Shown here: positions 1 through 9,300 of the stretch, piece by piece
How the letters are laid out: each line of letters opens with the position of its first letter
Position numbering within the stretch: the first letter of the stretch is position 1
Notes under the pieces: generated by a model
What the model was told of the DNA's origin: nothing
Seen by the model: only the letters and a program-made list of their open reading frames with translations
Database searches by the model: none
Source of the DNA: an uncultured Methanosarcinales archaeon
GTDB lineage: Archaea; Nanobdellota; Nanobdellia; Woesearchaeales; DATDXC01
Assembly (NCBI GenBank): GCA_964510025.1
Contig: CAZDZV010000001.1
Coordinates: 229,399 to 277,358, forward strand
Length of the DNA stretch: 47,960 nucleotides
Direction of reading: 5' to 3'
Made by a program: the position numbers and the translations under genes

Positions 1-878
1 AAAAACATTAAAGCCATTGATTTTGTTCTTCCAATCTTGTCTGACAGCCATCCCCAGACAATCCTTCCTGCCCCATTGAATAGGGCCAAAATACCAACTG
101 CAGAACCAGCAATGGCGGGAGTGAGCCCTGAAAAAACACCGAAAGGCTTGAGATTTCCGATAACAAGCAATCCGGCAGATGCCCCAAACATAAACATTAT
201 CCAAAGCATCCAGAACTGGGGGGTAGCAACCATCTTCTTCCATGTAAAATTATTCTGCTTGGTTTTTTTTGCTACCTTCCTGGATTTCTTTTTTGTGGGC
301 GACCAACCAGCAGGAGGATTTCGCAGGATTATTGCTGACAAAACAATCGAGGAGCCAAAGATTATCCCCAAGATAAAAAAAGCAGGCCTTACACTTCCAA
401 GATTATCTATAATAGTCGATGCTAGCCTTGCAAAGATCCAAGCTCCTGCCCCAAACCCAGCTACTGCCAGGCCAGATATTAAGCCTCTCATGTCTGGAAA
501 CCATTTTATCAAGGCAGCTATTGGGCATACATAACCAAACCCGATTCCTGCACCACCGATGATGCCGACTGTTAAGACCAGTCCCAGAAACGAACCATCC
601 ACAAATCTAGCTGAGATGTAGCCTAGCCCCAGCAATATGCCCCCTAAGACAGCGACTTTTCTGGGTCCGACCCTGTCCTGCCACCTACCGGCAAAAACCA
701 TAACTAGTGCAAATGTCGCGAGCGCAACTGAAAATATAATCTGTGTCTGGGTGGTTGTAAATCCATACTCATTTTTTAATGGATTGACAAAAACACTCCA
801 GGAATATAATGCACCTAGACAGAGCTGAATTATCAAACCAGCAACCACTAGAATCCATCTGTTGATAATTTTTTTCAT
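1..878 (-). CDS. OFA-family (oxalate:formate antiporter-like) MFS transporter, 3' end outside window
   Basis: Not in the ORF track because it runs off the edge. Manual translation from ATG at 878: MKKIINRWILVVAGLIIQLCLGALYSWSVF...GRWQDRVGPR...GIGFGYVCPIAALIKWFPD...NGAGRIVWGWLSDKIGR, typical OFA/MFS motifs. GGAGGG SD upstream. Confidence 0.9.
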   Translation of the reverse strand, partial: MKKIINRWILVVAGLIIQLCLGALYSWSVFVNPLKNEYGFTTTQTQIIFSVALATFALVMVFAGRWQDRVGPRKVAVLGGILLGLGYISARFVDGSFLGLVLTVGIIGGAGIGFGYVCPIAALIKWFPDMRGLISGLAVAGFGAGAWIFARLASTIIDNLGSVRPAFFILGIIFGSSIVLSAIILRNPPAGWSPTKKKSRKVAKKTKQNNFTWKKMVATPQFWMLWIMFMFGASAGLLVIGNLKPFGVFSGLTPAIAGSAVGILALFNGAGRIVWGWLSDKIGRTKSMALMF

Positions 879-1090
879 ATAATCCCTCCAAAGTCTAGTT
901 TGAAAATCTGCAATGATTTATATTTCTTTTGCAATAGTTGATAGGATTTTGTGGTATATAACTTTCTTGCTTTGGAATTTGCGTGGTAATTAGCTGTGTT
1001 TTTGGGATGGATGTGGTATATAAAAGCAAAAGCTTTAATAATATCCTAATTTTTCAAATTTTGAAAAAACAATTTAGGGGGGATAGTTGT

Positions 1091-3058
1091 ATGTCAGAAA
1101 AAAAAACAATACAATCAATGAGTCAGGAAAAAAGGAAGATTTCACCAGCTGAAAAGTTCAGAAATAAAGCATACATAAGGTCTGAGGAAGAATATAAGAA
1201 AATATACAAAGAGTCCATAGAGGATCCTGAAAAATTTTGGGCTGAAAAAGCCAAGGAGTTGCACTGGTTTAAACCTTGGGACAAGGTCTTTAGCTGGGAC
1301 AAAGAGAAAGTCAAGTTTACATGGTTTGCCGGAGGCAGGACAAACGTCTGCTACAACTGCCTGGACAGGCATCTTGAGAAAAGAGGCGACCAAGTTGCAA
1401 TAATATGGCAGGGTGAACCTGAGGATGATGTACAGAATATTACCTATAAAGAGCTCCACAGCAAAGTATGCAGATTCGCTAATGTTCTGAAGAAGAAAGG
1501 GGTTAAGAAAGGCGACAGGATTTGCCTTTATATGCCCATGATTCCTGAAGCAGCCGTCGCTATGCTTGCATGCGCCAGAATCGGAGCAATGCATTCTGTG
1601 GTATTTGCTGGTTTTTCTGCAGAATCACTAAAAGACAGGATTCTAGATTCAACCTGCAAGATACTGCTTACTGCAGATGGCTCTCTTAGGGCAGGCAAAA
1701 AAATTCCGCTTAAGAAAATTGCTGATGAGGCACTGCAGGGTGTAGACTGCATAGAATCTGTAATTGTAGCAAAGAGAGCGATGATAGAGCATAATATGGA
1801 AGAAGGAAGAGACTCCTACTGGGAAGATGAGATTAATGCAGAGGACATCAAAGATGAATGCCCTGCTGAAGAAATGGACGCAGAGGATCCTTTGTTTATC
1901 CTGTATACGTCCGGAACAACAGGGAAACCAAAGGGCGTTCTGCACACAACAGGAGGCTACCTAACTTACGTCACGCAAACATTCAAATATGTCTTTGACT
2001 ATCACGACGGCGATATCTACTGGTGCACTGCAGATGTTGGCTGGATCACAGGACATTCTTACATAGTATATGGGCCGTTATCGAATGGAGCTGTATCCAT
2101 GATGTTTGAGGGTGTTCCTACATATCCAGATAACGACCGGTTTTGGCAGATAGTCGAGAAATTTAAGGTGAATATATTTTACACAGCACCAACTGCTATA
2201 AGGGCAATCGCCAGGTTTGGAACAGAACCTATAGAGAAACATGATTTGAGCAGCCTAAAGCTACTTGGTACAGTAGGCGAACCCATAAATCCTGAAGCAT
2301 GGATGTGGTATTACAACAATATTGGCCATAAAAACTGCCCTATTGTGGATACTTGGTGGCAGACTGAAACAGGAGGTATCTTAATTACGACACTTCCAGG
2401 AGCAATAACAATGAAGCCAAGCTGTGCTGGAAGACCGTTATTTGGCATTGAACCAATCATACTCAGGGAAGATGGAAATGAGGCAGATATAAATGAGGGG
2501 GGCTATTTGGCATTAAAGAAGCCCTGGCCGGGCCTGATGAGGACAGTATATGGTGACCATCAGAGATTTGTAGATACATATTGGAGCAGATTTAAGGGAA
2601 TGTATTTTGCTGGAGATGGGGCAAGAAAGGATGAGGACGGTGACATCTGGCTTATGGGCAGAATAGATGATGTGATAAATGTTTCCGGCCATAGGATAGG
2701 GACAGCTGAAGTTGAAAGTGCGTTGGTCAGCCATGATAAGGTGGCAGAAGCAGCAGTTGTACCCTTTCCCCATGATATCAAGGGGCAAGCGCTCTACTGC
2801 TTTGTTACACTGAACAAGGGCGTTGAAAGAAGCGATGAACTTATCCAGGAGCTAAGACAGCATGTTGGCAAGGAAATAGGACCAATTGCTAAACCTGACA
2901 AACTTCAGTTTGCAGATTCACTCCCAAAAACCAGGAGCGGAAAGATAATGAGGAGAATCTTGAAAGCAATAGCTGAAGGCAAGGATGATGTTGGAAATAC
3001 CACCACACTTGCAGACCCAAGTGTAGTGGATAAGCTTATCAGCGAGAGGTCGTCGTGA
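1091..3058 (+). CDS. acs: Acetyl-CoA synthetase (AMP-forming acetate--CoA ligase)
   Basis: [14 protein letters not shown]-binding loop, [21 protein letters not shown] with the regulatory Lys. Start moved to ATG 1091 after a GGGGGGA SD-like run. Confidence 0.95.
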   Translation: MSEKKTIQSMSQEKRKISPAEKFRNKAYIRSEEEYKKIYKESIEDPEKFWAEKAKELHWFKPWDKVFSWDKEKVKFTWFAGGRTNVCYNCLDRHLEKRGDQVAIIWQGEPEDDVQNITYKELHSKVCRFANVLKKKGVKKGDRICLYMPMIPEAAVAMLACARIGAMHSVVFAGFSAESLKDRILDSTCKILLTADGSLRAGKKIPLKKIADEALQGVDCIESVIVAKRAMIEHNMEEGRDSYWEDEINAEDIKDECPAEEMDAEDPLFILYTSGTTGKPKGVLHTTGGYLTYVTQTFKYVFDYHDGDIYWCTADVGWITGHSYIVYGPLSNGAVSMMFEGVPTYPDNDRFWQIVEKFKVNIFYTAPTAIRAIARFGTEPIEKHDLSSLKLLGTVGEPINPEAWMWYYNNIGHKNCPIVDTWWQTETGGILITTLPGAITMKPSCAGRPLFGIEPIILREDGNEADINEGGYLALKKPWPGLMRTVYGDHQRFVDTYWSRFKGMYFAGDGARKDEDGDIWLMGRIDDVINVSGHRIGTAEVESALVSHDKVAEAAVVPFPHDIKGQALYCFVTLNKGVERSDELIQELRQHVGKEIGPIAKPDKLQFADSLPKTRSGKIMRRILKAIAEGKDDVGNTTTLADPSVVDKLISERSS

Positions 3059-3328
3059 TTTTTCCAAAAATATCTTATTTTTCTTTAATTTATATATGAA
3101 AAACAAGTTATAGTAATATATATGTTGCTCTTCCAACATATTTATATATAAGTTATGTTTATTTCATTGTATTTTGTTTTAACTTTATAGTTAAAATTTT
3201 GTGTGACTAGGTAAGAGTGAAAACACTGTTACGAGGTAAATAACCGTAACATATATTAAGTAGTAGTTATTTTTTACCCTATCAAGAAGTGAAAAAATGT
3301 TACTTCTTGAAAAAGGGGGTGTAAGGAA

Positions 3329-4132
3329 ATGATTGTGAAGGACGAATTTTTAAGCAAGCTTAGGAGGTATTTCTCACTAAACTTGTATGAGGTCAAGATT
3401 TGGACTGCACTGTTGAGCAGGGGCGTTTCTACGGCAGGAGAGCTTTCTGATATTGCAAATGTGCCCAGGAGCAGAAGCTATGATGTTCTAGAGAGCCTGG
3501 AAAAAAAGGGATTTGTCATCATGAAGTTAGGAAAGCCTATCAAGTATGTGGCAGTAGCTCCTTCTGAGGTTTTAGAGAGAGTAAAGAAAAATGTGAGAGA
3601 AGAAGCAAAGGAACAGATAAAGAGGCTGGAAAGCCTAAAGGGAACAGAAGTCATAGGCGAACTGAATTCTCTGCATACTCAGGGAATAGAGCTTGTTGAA
3701 CCTGCTGATCTATCGGGATCTTTGAAGGGAAGACACAACCTATATAACCATCTTGAGCTTATGATAAAAAATGCAGAAGAATCTGTCTCGATAATGACTA
3801 CAAGCCAGGGCTTCATGAGAAAGGTAGAGGGACTGAAGCCGGTTCTTGAGAAAATAAAGAAAAGAGGAGTAAAGATAAAAATTGCAGCGCCTCTAACAAA
3901 GGAGACTATGCCTTCTGTGAACGATATCAAGGGAGTTGCCGAGATAAGACATACAGATTCTAAATCAAGGTTTTGCATTGTTGATGGAAAGGAACTTGTC
4001 TTTATGGTCTTGGATGATAAAGACGTCCATCCGACCTATGACCTGGGTATTTGGGTAAACACTCCTTTTTTTGCATCAGCTCTGCAGGATTTGTTTGAGC
4101 AATCCTGGAAGAACATGAAAGCAGTCAAATAA
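3329..4132 (+). CDS. TrmB-family transcriptional regulator / chromatin protein (TrmBL2-like)
   Basis: N-terminal wHTH LNLYEVKIWTALL...VPRSRSYDVLESLEKKG, C-terminal PLD-like domain (SRFCIVDGKE). SD GGGGGTG. Confidence 0.88.
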   Translation: MIVKDEFLSKLRRYFSLNLYEVKIWTALLSRGVSTAGELSDIANVPRSRSYDVLESLEKKGFVIMKLGKPIKYVAVAPSEVLERVKKNVREEAKEQIKRLESLKGTEVIGELNSLHTQGIELVEPADLSGSLKGRHNLYNHLELMIKNAEESVSIMTTSQGFMRKVEGLKPVLEKIKKRGVKIKIAAPLTKETMPSVNDIKGVAEIRHTDSKSRFCIVDGKELVFMVLDDKDVHPTYDLGIWVNTPFFASALQDLFEQSWKNMKAVK

Positions 4133-4148
4133 ATTTTTTTCTTTTTTT
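4133..4148 (+). terminator. T-rich archaeal terminator after the TrmB-family gene
   Basis: TTTTTTTCTTTTTTT directly after the stop codon. Confidence 0.55.
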
Positions 4149-4150
4149 GA

Positions 4151-4168
4151 AATAATAAAATTTAAAAG
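4151..4168 (+). promoter_or_regulatory. BRE/TATA promoter of the leader transcript
   Basis: AATAATAAAA-TTTAAAAG. The first T of the TATA box is 31 nt upstream of ATG 4192, similar to the spacing at other leaderless genes in the window. Confidence 0.6.
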
Positions 4169-4191
4169 TATGCTTTGATTCCCATACCAAA

Positions 4192-4251
4192 ATGGCACAT
4201 GAAAAGGCCCTCAATAAGGATTTTTTTCTAGTTCCATATTTCTATTTTTGA
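4192..4251 (+). CDS. Putative Phe/Tyr-rich leader peptide MAHEKALNKDFFLVPYFYF (19 aa)
   Basis: ATG 4192 to TGA 4251. Four Phe and two Tyr among the last 9 codons. Lies directly upstream of the Phe/Tyr biosynthesis-pheST operon. Confidence 0.6.
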   Translation: MAHEKALNKDFFLVPYFYF

Positions 4252-4253
4252 TT

Positions 4254-4302
4254 GTCCCGCGGTTTAGCTACTGCAGGGACCAGTGATTTTGCAGTTGTTT
4301 TT
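4254..4302 (+). promoter_or_regulatory. Putative attenuator: alternative hairpins plus U-tract
   Basis: GTCCCGCGGT(4254-63) pairs with ACTGCAGGGAC(4270-80). Alternatively ACTGCA(4270-75) pairs with TGCAGT(4290-95), extendable by G-U pairs and followed by TTTTT(4298-4302). Confidence 0.5.
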
Positions 4303-4370
4303 CAGCTATTAATAAAAAAATTTAAAAACACCTGTGCAAAATTAGCCAGTGGGGGTGTAAATGCTGTAAA

Positions 4371-5183
4371 ATGTCAAAATTAAATGACCTTAGAAAGATT
4401 GCCTTAGAAGTCAGGAAGGATATACTTAGAGATACCTGTGAAGCCAGTTCAGGCCACCCAGGGGGAAGCCTATCAGCTACCGATATTTTAGTTTACCTAT
4501 ATTTCAGAAGACTACGGCATAATCCAAAGAATCCTCAATGGGCAGATAGGGACAGATTCATACTCAGCAAGGGTCATGCTGCACCTGCTTTGTACGCATG
4601 CCTCGCGCACTCAGGCTATTTTCCTGTCAGCGAGCTAAAGACATTGAGGTGTTTAGGCTCAAGGCTGCAGGGGCATCCTGAAAGGACAAGACTGCCTGGG
4701 GTAGAGGCTTCAACAGGCCCGCTTGGCCAAGGATTGAGCTTTGCCAACGGGGTAGCTCTGGCAGCCAGGATAGATAAAAAAAGCTACAAGGTCTACTGCT
4801 TGATTGGCGATGGGGAAAGCCAGGAAGGCATGATATGGGAGGCAGCGATGACAGCAGGCCATTATAAGCTGGATAATCTTTGCGTAATACTAGATCATAA
4901 CCGGCTACAGATAGATGGTAAGGTGGCTGATGTTAAGAATATAGAGCCAATTAAAGATAAGTTTAGCGCCTTTAATTTTTATGTCATTGAAATTGACGGC
5001 CACAATTATCAAGAGATCGGTGAGGCGCTAGAAAAAGCTGACAAGCAAAAAGGGAGACCAACTGTAATAATCGCGAATACGGTAAAAGGGAAAGGAGTAG
5101 AGTGTATGGAAAACAAAGCTGAGTGGCACGGGAAAGCCTGTAAGCCCGAAGAATTAGAAAGCATATGCCGGAGCGTAAAGTAA
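4371..5183 (+). CDS. tkt: Transketolase, N-terminal (TPP-binding) subunit
   Basis: SGHPGGSLS, DRFILSKGH, LQGHP, GDGESQEG...N TPP motif. Confidence 0.95.
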   Translation: MSKLNDLRKIALEVRKDILRDTCEASSGHPGGSLSATDILVYLYFRRLRHNPKNPQWADRDRFILSKGHAAPALYACLAHSGYFPVSELKTLRCLGSRLQGHPERTRLPGVEASTGPLGQGLSFANGVALAARIDKKSYKVYCLIGDGESQEGMIWEAAMTAGHYKLDNLCVILDHNRLQIDGKVADVKNIEPIKDKFSAFNFYVIEIDGHNYQEIGEALEKADKQKGRPTVIIANTVKGKGVECMENKAEWHGKACKPEELESICRSVK

Positions 5184-5184
5184 A

Positions 5185-6108
5185 ATGGAAGCAACCAGGG
5201 ACGGATTCGGAAGAGGAATTGTAGAAGCAGGCAGAAACAGGAATGTCGTAGTCTTAGATGCAGATTTGGCAGAGTCTACAAGAAGCATCAGATTTAAGGA
5301 GAAATACCCAGAAAGATTTTTTGATATGGGGATTGCAGAGATGGATATGGTCGGGACAGCTGCAGGCCTGGCAGCCTCAGGAAAGATACCTTTTGCATGC
5401 AGTTTTGCAGTATTTTCGACAGGCAGGGCATATGGGGCCATGAGGCTGGCTGCGATATCTCAGTTGAATGTAAAAATTGTGGGCAGCCACGCTGGAATAG
5501 GCACTGGAGAAGATGGGGCAACACATCAGTCCATTGATGATATTGCGCTAACGAGGGTATTGCCTGGCATGACCGTTGTGCAGCCGTGCGATTCGATAGA
5601 GGCTGAGAAAGCTACCTTGGCCCTAGCAAACGACACAGGAACTGCTTATCTAAGACTAACAAGATCAAAATTGCCAATATTGACCAGCAAGGAGGAGGAC
5701 TTCATAATAGGCAAAGGAGAAATAATCCAGGAGGGAAAGGATGCAACTATAATAGCGACAGGCAGCATGGTAAGCATAGCTTTGGAAGCTGCATCTGCTT
5801 TAAAAAAAGATAAGATAAGTGCAGCAGTTGCTAATTTTCACACGATCAAGCCAATAGACAAAAGAATGATAATAAAAATGGCCAAACAGACAGGATCCAT
5901 AGTAACCGCCGAGGACCATAGCATAATAGGCGGATTAGGAAGTGCTGTAGCAGAGACTCTAGTTGAGAAATATCCGATCAACATGGCTAGGATAGGAATT
6001 AATGATTTATTCGGCCAGTCTGGAAAGCCAGAAGAGCTTTACAGAGAATACGGTTTAACAAAAGATAATATAACAAAGACAGTTAAGTCTTTGAGGAGGT
6101 CAAAATGA
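5185..6108 (+). CDS. tkt: Transketolase, C-terminal subunit
   Basis: [38 protein letters not shown]. Confidence 0.95.
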   Translation: MEATRDGFGRGIVEAGRNRNVVVLDADLAESTRSIRFKEKYPERFFDMGIAEMDMVGTAAGLAASGKIPFACSFAVFSTGRAYGAMRLAAISQLNVKIVGSHAGIGTGEDGATHQSIDDIALTRVLPGMTVVQPCDSIEAEKATLALANDTGTAYLRLTRSKLPILTSKEEDFIIGKGEIIQEGKDATIIATGSMVSIALEAASALKKDKISAAVANFHTIKPIDKRMIIKMAKQTGSIVTAEDHSIIGGLGSAVAETLVEKYPINMARIGINDLFGQSGKPEELYREYGLTKDNITKTVKSLRRSK

Positions 6109-6893
6109 TTGGAAAAGAAATAAGGATGCAAAGAATAATAGACAGAAACACAGGAAATACCGTTATTATCCCGATGGATCATGGGGTGACTGTCGGCCCG
6201 ATAAAAGGGCTAGAGAATATGAAGAACACAATAGACAAGGTTGCTGAAGGCGGTACCAACGCTATTTTACTGCATAAGGGAATCGTCTCAGTTGGCCATA
6301 GGACAAGCGGAAGAGATGTCGGGTTGGTTATTCACCTATCAGCATCGACGTGCCTAGGACCTGATCCCAACCATAAGGTGATTGCATGTTCTGTAGAGGA
6401 AGCGCTTAAGCTGGGCGCAGATGCCGTGTCTATACATGTGAATATCGGAGCTGATGATGAAGCATACATGCTTAAGGATATGGGTAAAATCTCCAGAAAA
6501 TGCGATGAGTGGGGAGTTCCTCTGCTTGCTATGATGTACCCAAGAGGCAAGAAAATAAAGGACGAAAAGGATGTGGATGTTGTAAAGCTAGCTGCCCGGG
6601 TAGGTGCTGAACTGGGAGCAGATATAGTGAAGACAAATTATACAGGCAGTGTAAAAACCTTCAAGCAAGTGGTTGAAGGCTGCCCAGTGCCTGTAATAAT
6701 AGCCGGCGGTTCCAAAGGCAACGAACTAAGCACACTTAAAATGATAGAGGATGCTATGCAAGCCGGAGCTAAAGGCGTAGCCATGGGAAGAAATTCATTT
6801 CAACATCCAAATCCTGTCAAATTTGTAAAGGCTGTATGCGAGGTTGTACATAAGGGCAAAAAAGCAAAAGATGCAGCTAAGATCCTTAGGTGA
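6105..6893 (+). CDS. aroA': 2-amino-3,7-dideoxy-D-threo-hept-6-ulosonate (ADH) synthase, DhnA-type class I aldolase
   Basis: [21 protein letters not shown] Schiff-base Lys, AGG. Adjacent to DHQ synthase II. Confidence 0.88.
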   Translation: MIGKEIRMQRIIDRNTGNTVIIPMDHGVTVGPIKGLENMKNTIDKVAEGGTNAILLHKGIVSVGHRTSGRDVGLVIHLSASTCLGPDPNHKVIACSVEEALKLGADAVSIHVNIGADDEAYMLKDMGKISRKCDEWGVPLLAMMYPRGKKIKDEKDVDVVKLAARVGAELGADIVKTNYTGSVKTFKQVVEGCPVPVIIAGGSKGNELSTLKMIEDAMQAGAKGVAMGRNSFQHPNPVKFVKAVCEVVHKGKKAKDAAKILR

Positions 6894-6895
6894 AT

Positions 6896-7891
6896 ATGAT
6901 GAAAAAATTTTGGGTAAATGTACCAAAGTGGGATAAGAAGATAGTGACAACTGCACTGGAAAGCAATGCCGATGCTATTGTCATACCTGAAGGACACTCT
7001 GACAAAGTAAAGGAGTTAGGATTAATCACTACAGTAAGCAAGGATGGGGACATGAAAATTGGAAGGGATGTCGTAATGGTGACAATAAACAGCAAAGAGG
7101 ATGAGAGGCAGGCCCTACATGAGTCCAAATCAAAGACAGTAGTCATAAAAACCAAAGACTGGAGGATAATACCTTTAGAAAATCTTATATCACAAACTAA
7201 GGGACTTATAGCAGAAGTGAAGAATGCTTCTGATGCAAAGACCGCCCTGGAGATACTGGAGAAAGGTGTTGACGGAGTATTGTTGACAACATCCAACCTT
7301 AACGAGATAAAGAAAACAGCAGCACTGATAAAGAGATCCACAGAGAAACTAGAGCTTGTCAAGGCGAAAATACTGAGTATCCGGCCAGTGGGAACAGGAG
7401 ACAGAGTCTGCATAGATACCTGCACAAACATGAAGATAGGACAAGGGATGCTAGTGGGAGATTCAAGCTCTGGTATGTTTTTAGTCCATTCAGAGTCTGT
7501 AAAGAATCCCTATGTGGCCCAGAGGCCGTTTAGGGTAAATGCGTCTGCTGTTCATGCCTATATAAAAGTACCTGAAGGAAAAACTAAGTATCTCTCAGAG
7601 CTTTCCACAGGAACAGAAGTACTTGTGGTCGACCATAAAGGAAATACTGAGTTGGCGATAGTAGGAAGGACAAAGGTGGAGAAAAGGCCGCTTATGCTGC
7701 TTGAAGCTGAGGCCAAAGGGAAAAAGATATCCCTGATCCTGCAGAATGCGGAAACTATCCGACTTGTCAAGCCAAGCGGAAAGCCCATATCGATCATAAA
7801 ATTAGGAAAAGGGGATTATGTTTTAGCCTACACCGAAGCTGCAGGAAGGCATTTTGGAGTAAAAATAAAGGAGACCATAACCGAGAAATGA
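6896..7891 (+). CDS. aroB': 3-dehydroquinate synthase II
   Basis: WRIIPLENLI, GDRVCIDTC, RPFRVNA, LQNAETIRL, GRHFG. Start at ATG 6896 or 6899 (GTG 6890 possible). Confidence 0.95.
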   Translation: MMKKFWVNVPKWDKKIVTTALESNADAIVIPEGHSDKVKELGLITTVSKDGDMKIGRDVVMVTINSKEDERQALHESKSKTVVIKTKDWRIIPLENLISQTKGLIAEVKNASDAKTALEILEKGVDGVLLTTSNLNEIKKTAALIKRSTEKLELVKAKILSIRPVGTGDRVCIDTCTNMKIGQGMLVGDSSSGMFLVHSESVKNPYVAQRPFRVNASAVHAYIKVPEGKTKYLSELSTGTEVLVVDHKGNTELAIVGRTKVEKRPLMLLEAEAKGKKISLILQNAETIRLVKPSGKPISIIKLGKGDYVLAYTEAAGRHFGVKIKETITEK

Positions 7892-9300
7892 TATGTGTAC
7901 CGATAACTGCTTCAAAGACAGAAGCGGCCTTAAAAGAAATTAGGGAATCAAAAGCAGGCCTGATAGAGCTTAGGCTAGATTTTATCAAGGACATAAATGA
8001 AGAAAACCTGGTTAGGTTGATGAAAAGAACAAGGAAGAAGACTATAGTAACAGACAGAAAAATGAGATTGTCTCTCCTGAAGAAAGCTATCGAGATGAAA
8101 GCGGATTATATTGATATTGACTATAAGGAGCACCACAGACTTGCTGGTAGGTTTGACACGGGCAAGACAAAGCTGATAATATCATTTCACGATTTTAGGA
8201 AGACAGACATGAGAAGAATAAGCTCTGTCTTGGCAAAAATCAAAAAACTGAATCCGGATATCATAAAGCTTGTAAGCCGGGCAAACAGCATAAACGATAA
8301 TTTTGCAATCTTTGATATACTCAAAAAAAACAAGAAGACGGTGGCCTTCTGCATGGGTGAAAAGGGAAAGATATCAAGAATTTTGTGTATTTTTTTCGGA
8401 TCTGCATGGACCTATGGCAGCCTGTCAGAAGGAAGGGAATCTGCGCCCGGCCAAATACCGGCAGACGAACTTCGCAGTATTTACAGAATCCATAAATTAC
8501 AGAACCCCAAAATATACGGGCTAGTAGGAAACCCTGTCGAGCACAGTATAGGGATTTTTGTCCATAACCGCGCATTTGAGAAAACAAACATAAATGCAGT
8601 ATATGTAAATTTTTTAGTGGAAGAACTGCTAGGTTTTGTAAGGAAGGCCAGGGGTTTATTTTCAGGCTTCAGTGTCACCATTCCATTTAAAAAGAGTATC
8701 ATACCAATACTAGACAAACTGGATCCTATAGCTGCAAAGATCGGTGCTGTAAATACAATTATCAAGAGAAATGACGGATTAATAGGATATAATACAGATA
8801 TAGCCGCCTTAGAAAGCCTAGGAGGAGTTAGAAACAAAAAAGTCATTTTGATTGGGGCCGGGGGAGGTGCCAGGGCGATTGCTTTTGGGATAAAGAAAAA
8901 AAAAGGAAAGCTAACAATTATAAACAGAACTGTAAGCAAAGCCAGGAAATTAGCCGCAGAATTAAACTGCGAGTACATGGGCCTGAAAAAAGTCCAAGAA
9001 ATCAGACGGGGGGATATACTCATTAATTGCACGCCTATCGGAATGCACCCCTATACAAACAGAAGTCCAGTAGGAAAAAATACGTTAAAAAAAATATTAA
9101 AGAAAAAAGCCACTGTTTTTGATATTATATACAATCCAATCAAAACAAAGCTGCTAAAGGAAGCCGATGCGTTGGGTTTCAGGACCATAAGTGGCGTTGA
9201 TATGTTTGTCGATCAGGCAGCAGAACAATATCGGCTTTGGACAAATAGGAAAGCTCCCAGGGAACTGATGAAAAAAATTCTCCTGAAGCATCTAAAATGA
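7888..9300 (+). CDS. aroDE: Bifunctional type I 3-dehydroquinate dehydratase / shikimate dehydrogenase
   Basis: N-terminal IELRLD, ISFHDF, IIKLV, SAPGQ (AroD). C-terminal GNPVEHS, SVTIPFK, GAVNT, NTD, GAGGGARA (AroE). Confidence 0.92.
   Translation: MICVPITASKTEAALKEIRESKAGLIELRLDFIKDINEENLVRLMKRTRKKTIVTDRKMRLSLLKKAIEMKADYIDIDYKEHHRLAGRFDTGKTKLIISFHDFRKTDMRRISSVLAKIKKLNPDIIKLVSRANSINDNFAIFDILKKNKKTVAFCMGEKGKISRILCIFFGSAWTYGSLSEGRESAPGQIPADELRSIYRIHKLQNPKIYGLVGNPVEHSIGIFVHNRAFEKTNINAVYVNFLVEELLGFVRKARGLFSGFSVTIPFKKSIIPILDKLDPIAAKIGAVNTIIKRNDGLIGYNTDIAALESLGGVRNKKVILIGAGGGARAIAFGIKKKKGKLTIINRTVSKARKLAAELNCEYMGLKKVQEIRRGDILINCTPIGMHPYTNRSPVGKNTLKKILKKKATVFDIIYNPIKTKLLKEADALGFRTISGVDMFVDQAAEQYRLWTNRKAPRELMKKILLKHLK

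Noticed and set aside
37..828. Plus-strand ORFs 37-534 and 637-828
   Set aside because: Antisense shadows of the minus-strand MFS transporter.
983..1090. N-terminal extension of Acs from GTG 983
   Set aside because: It covers the promoter region; SD and family N-terminus support ATG 1091.
4199..4231. Alternative small ORF MKRPSIRIFF in another frame
   Set aside because: Its ATG fits the TATA spacing less well than 4192, it has only 2 Phe, and it ends far from the hairpins. It also shows that T-rich DNA gives Phe codons by chance.
4192..4370. T-box riboswitch upstream of the aromatic/pheST operon
   Set aside because: No T-box consensus (GGTGGNACC) or stem I motifs, and the region is too short. 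A leader-peptide model fits better.
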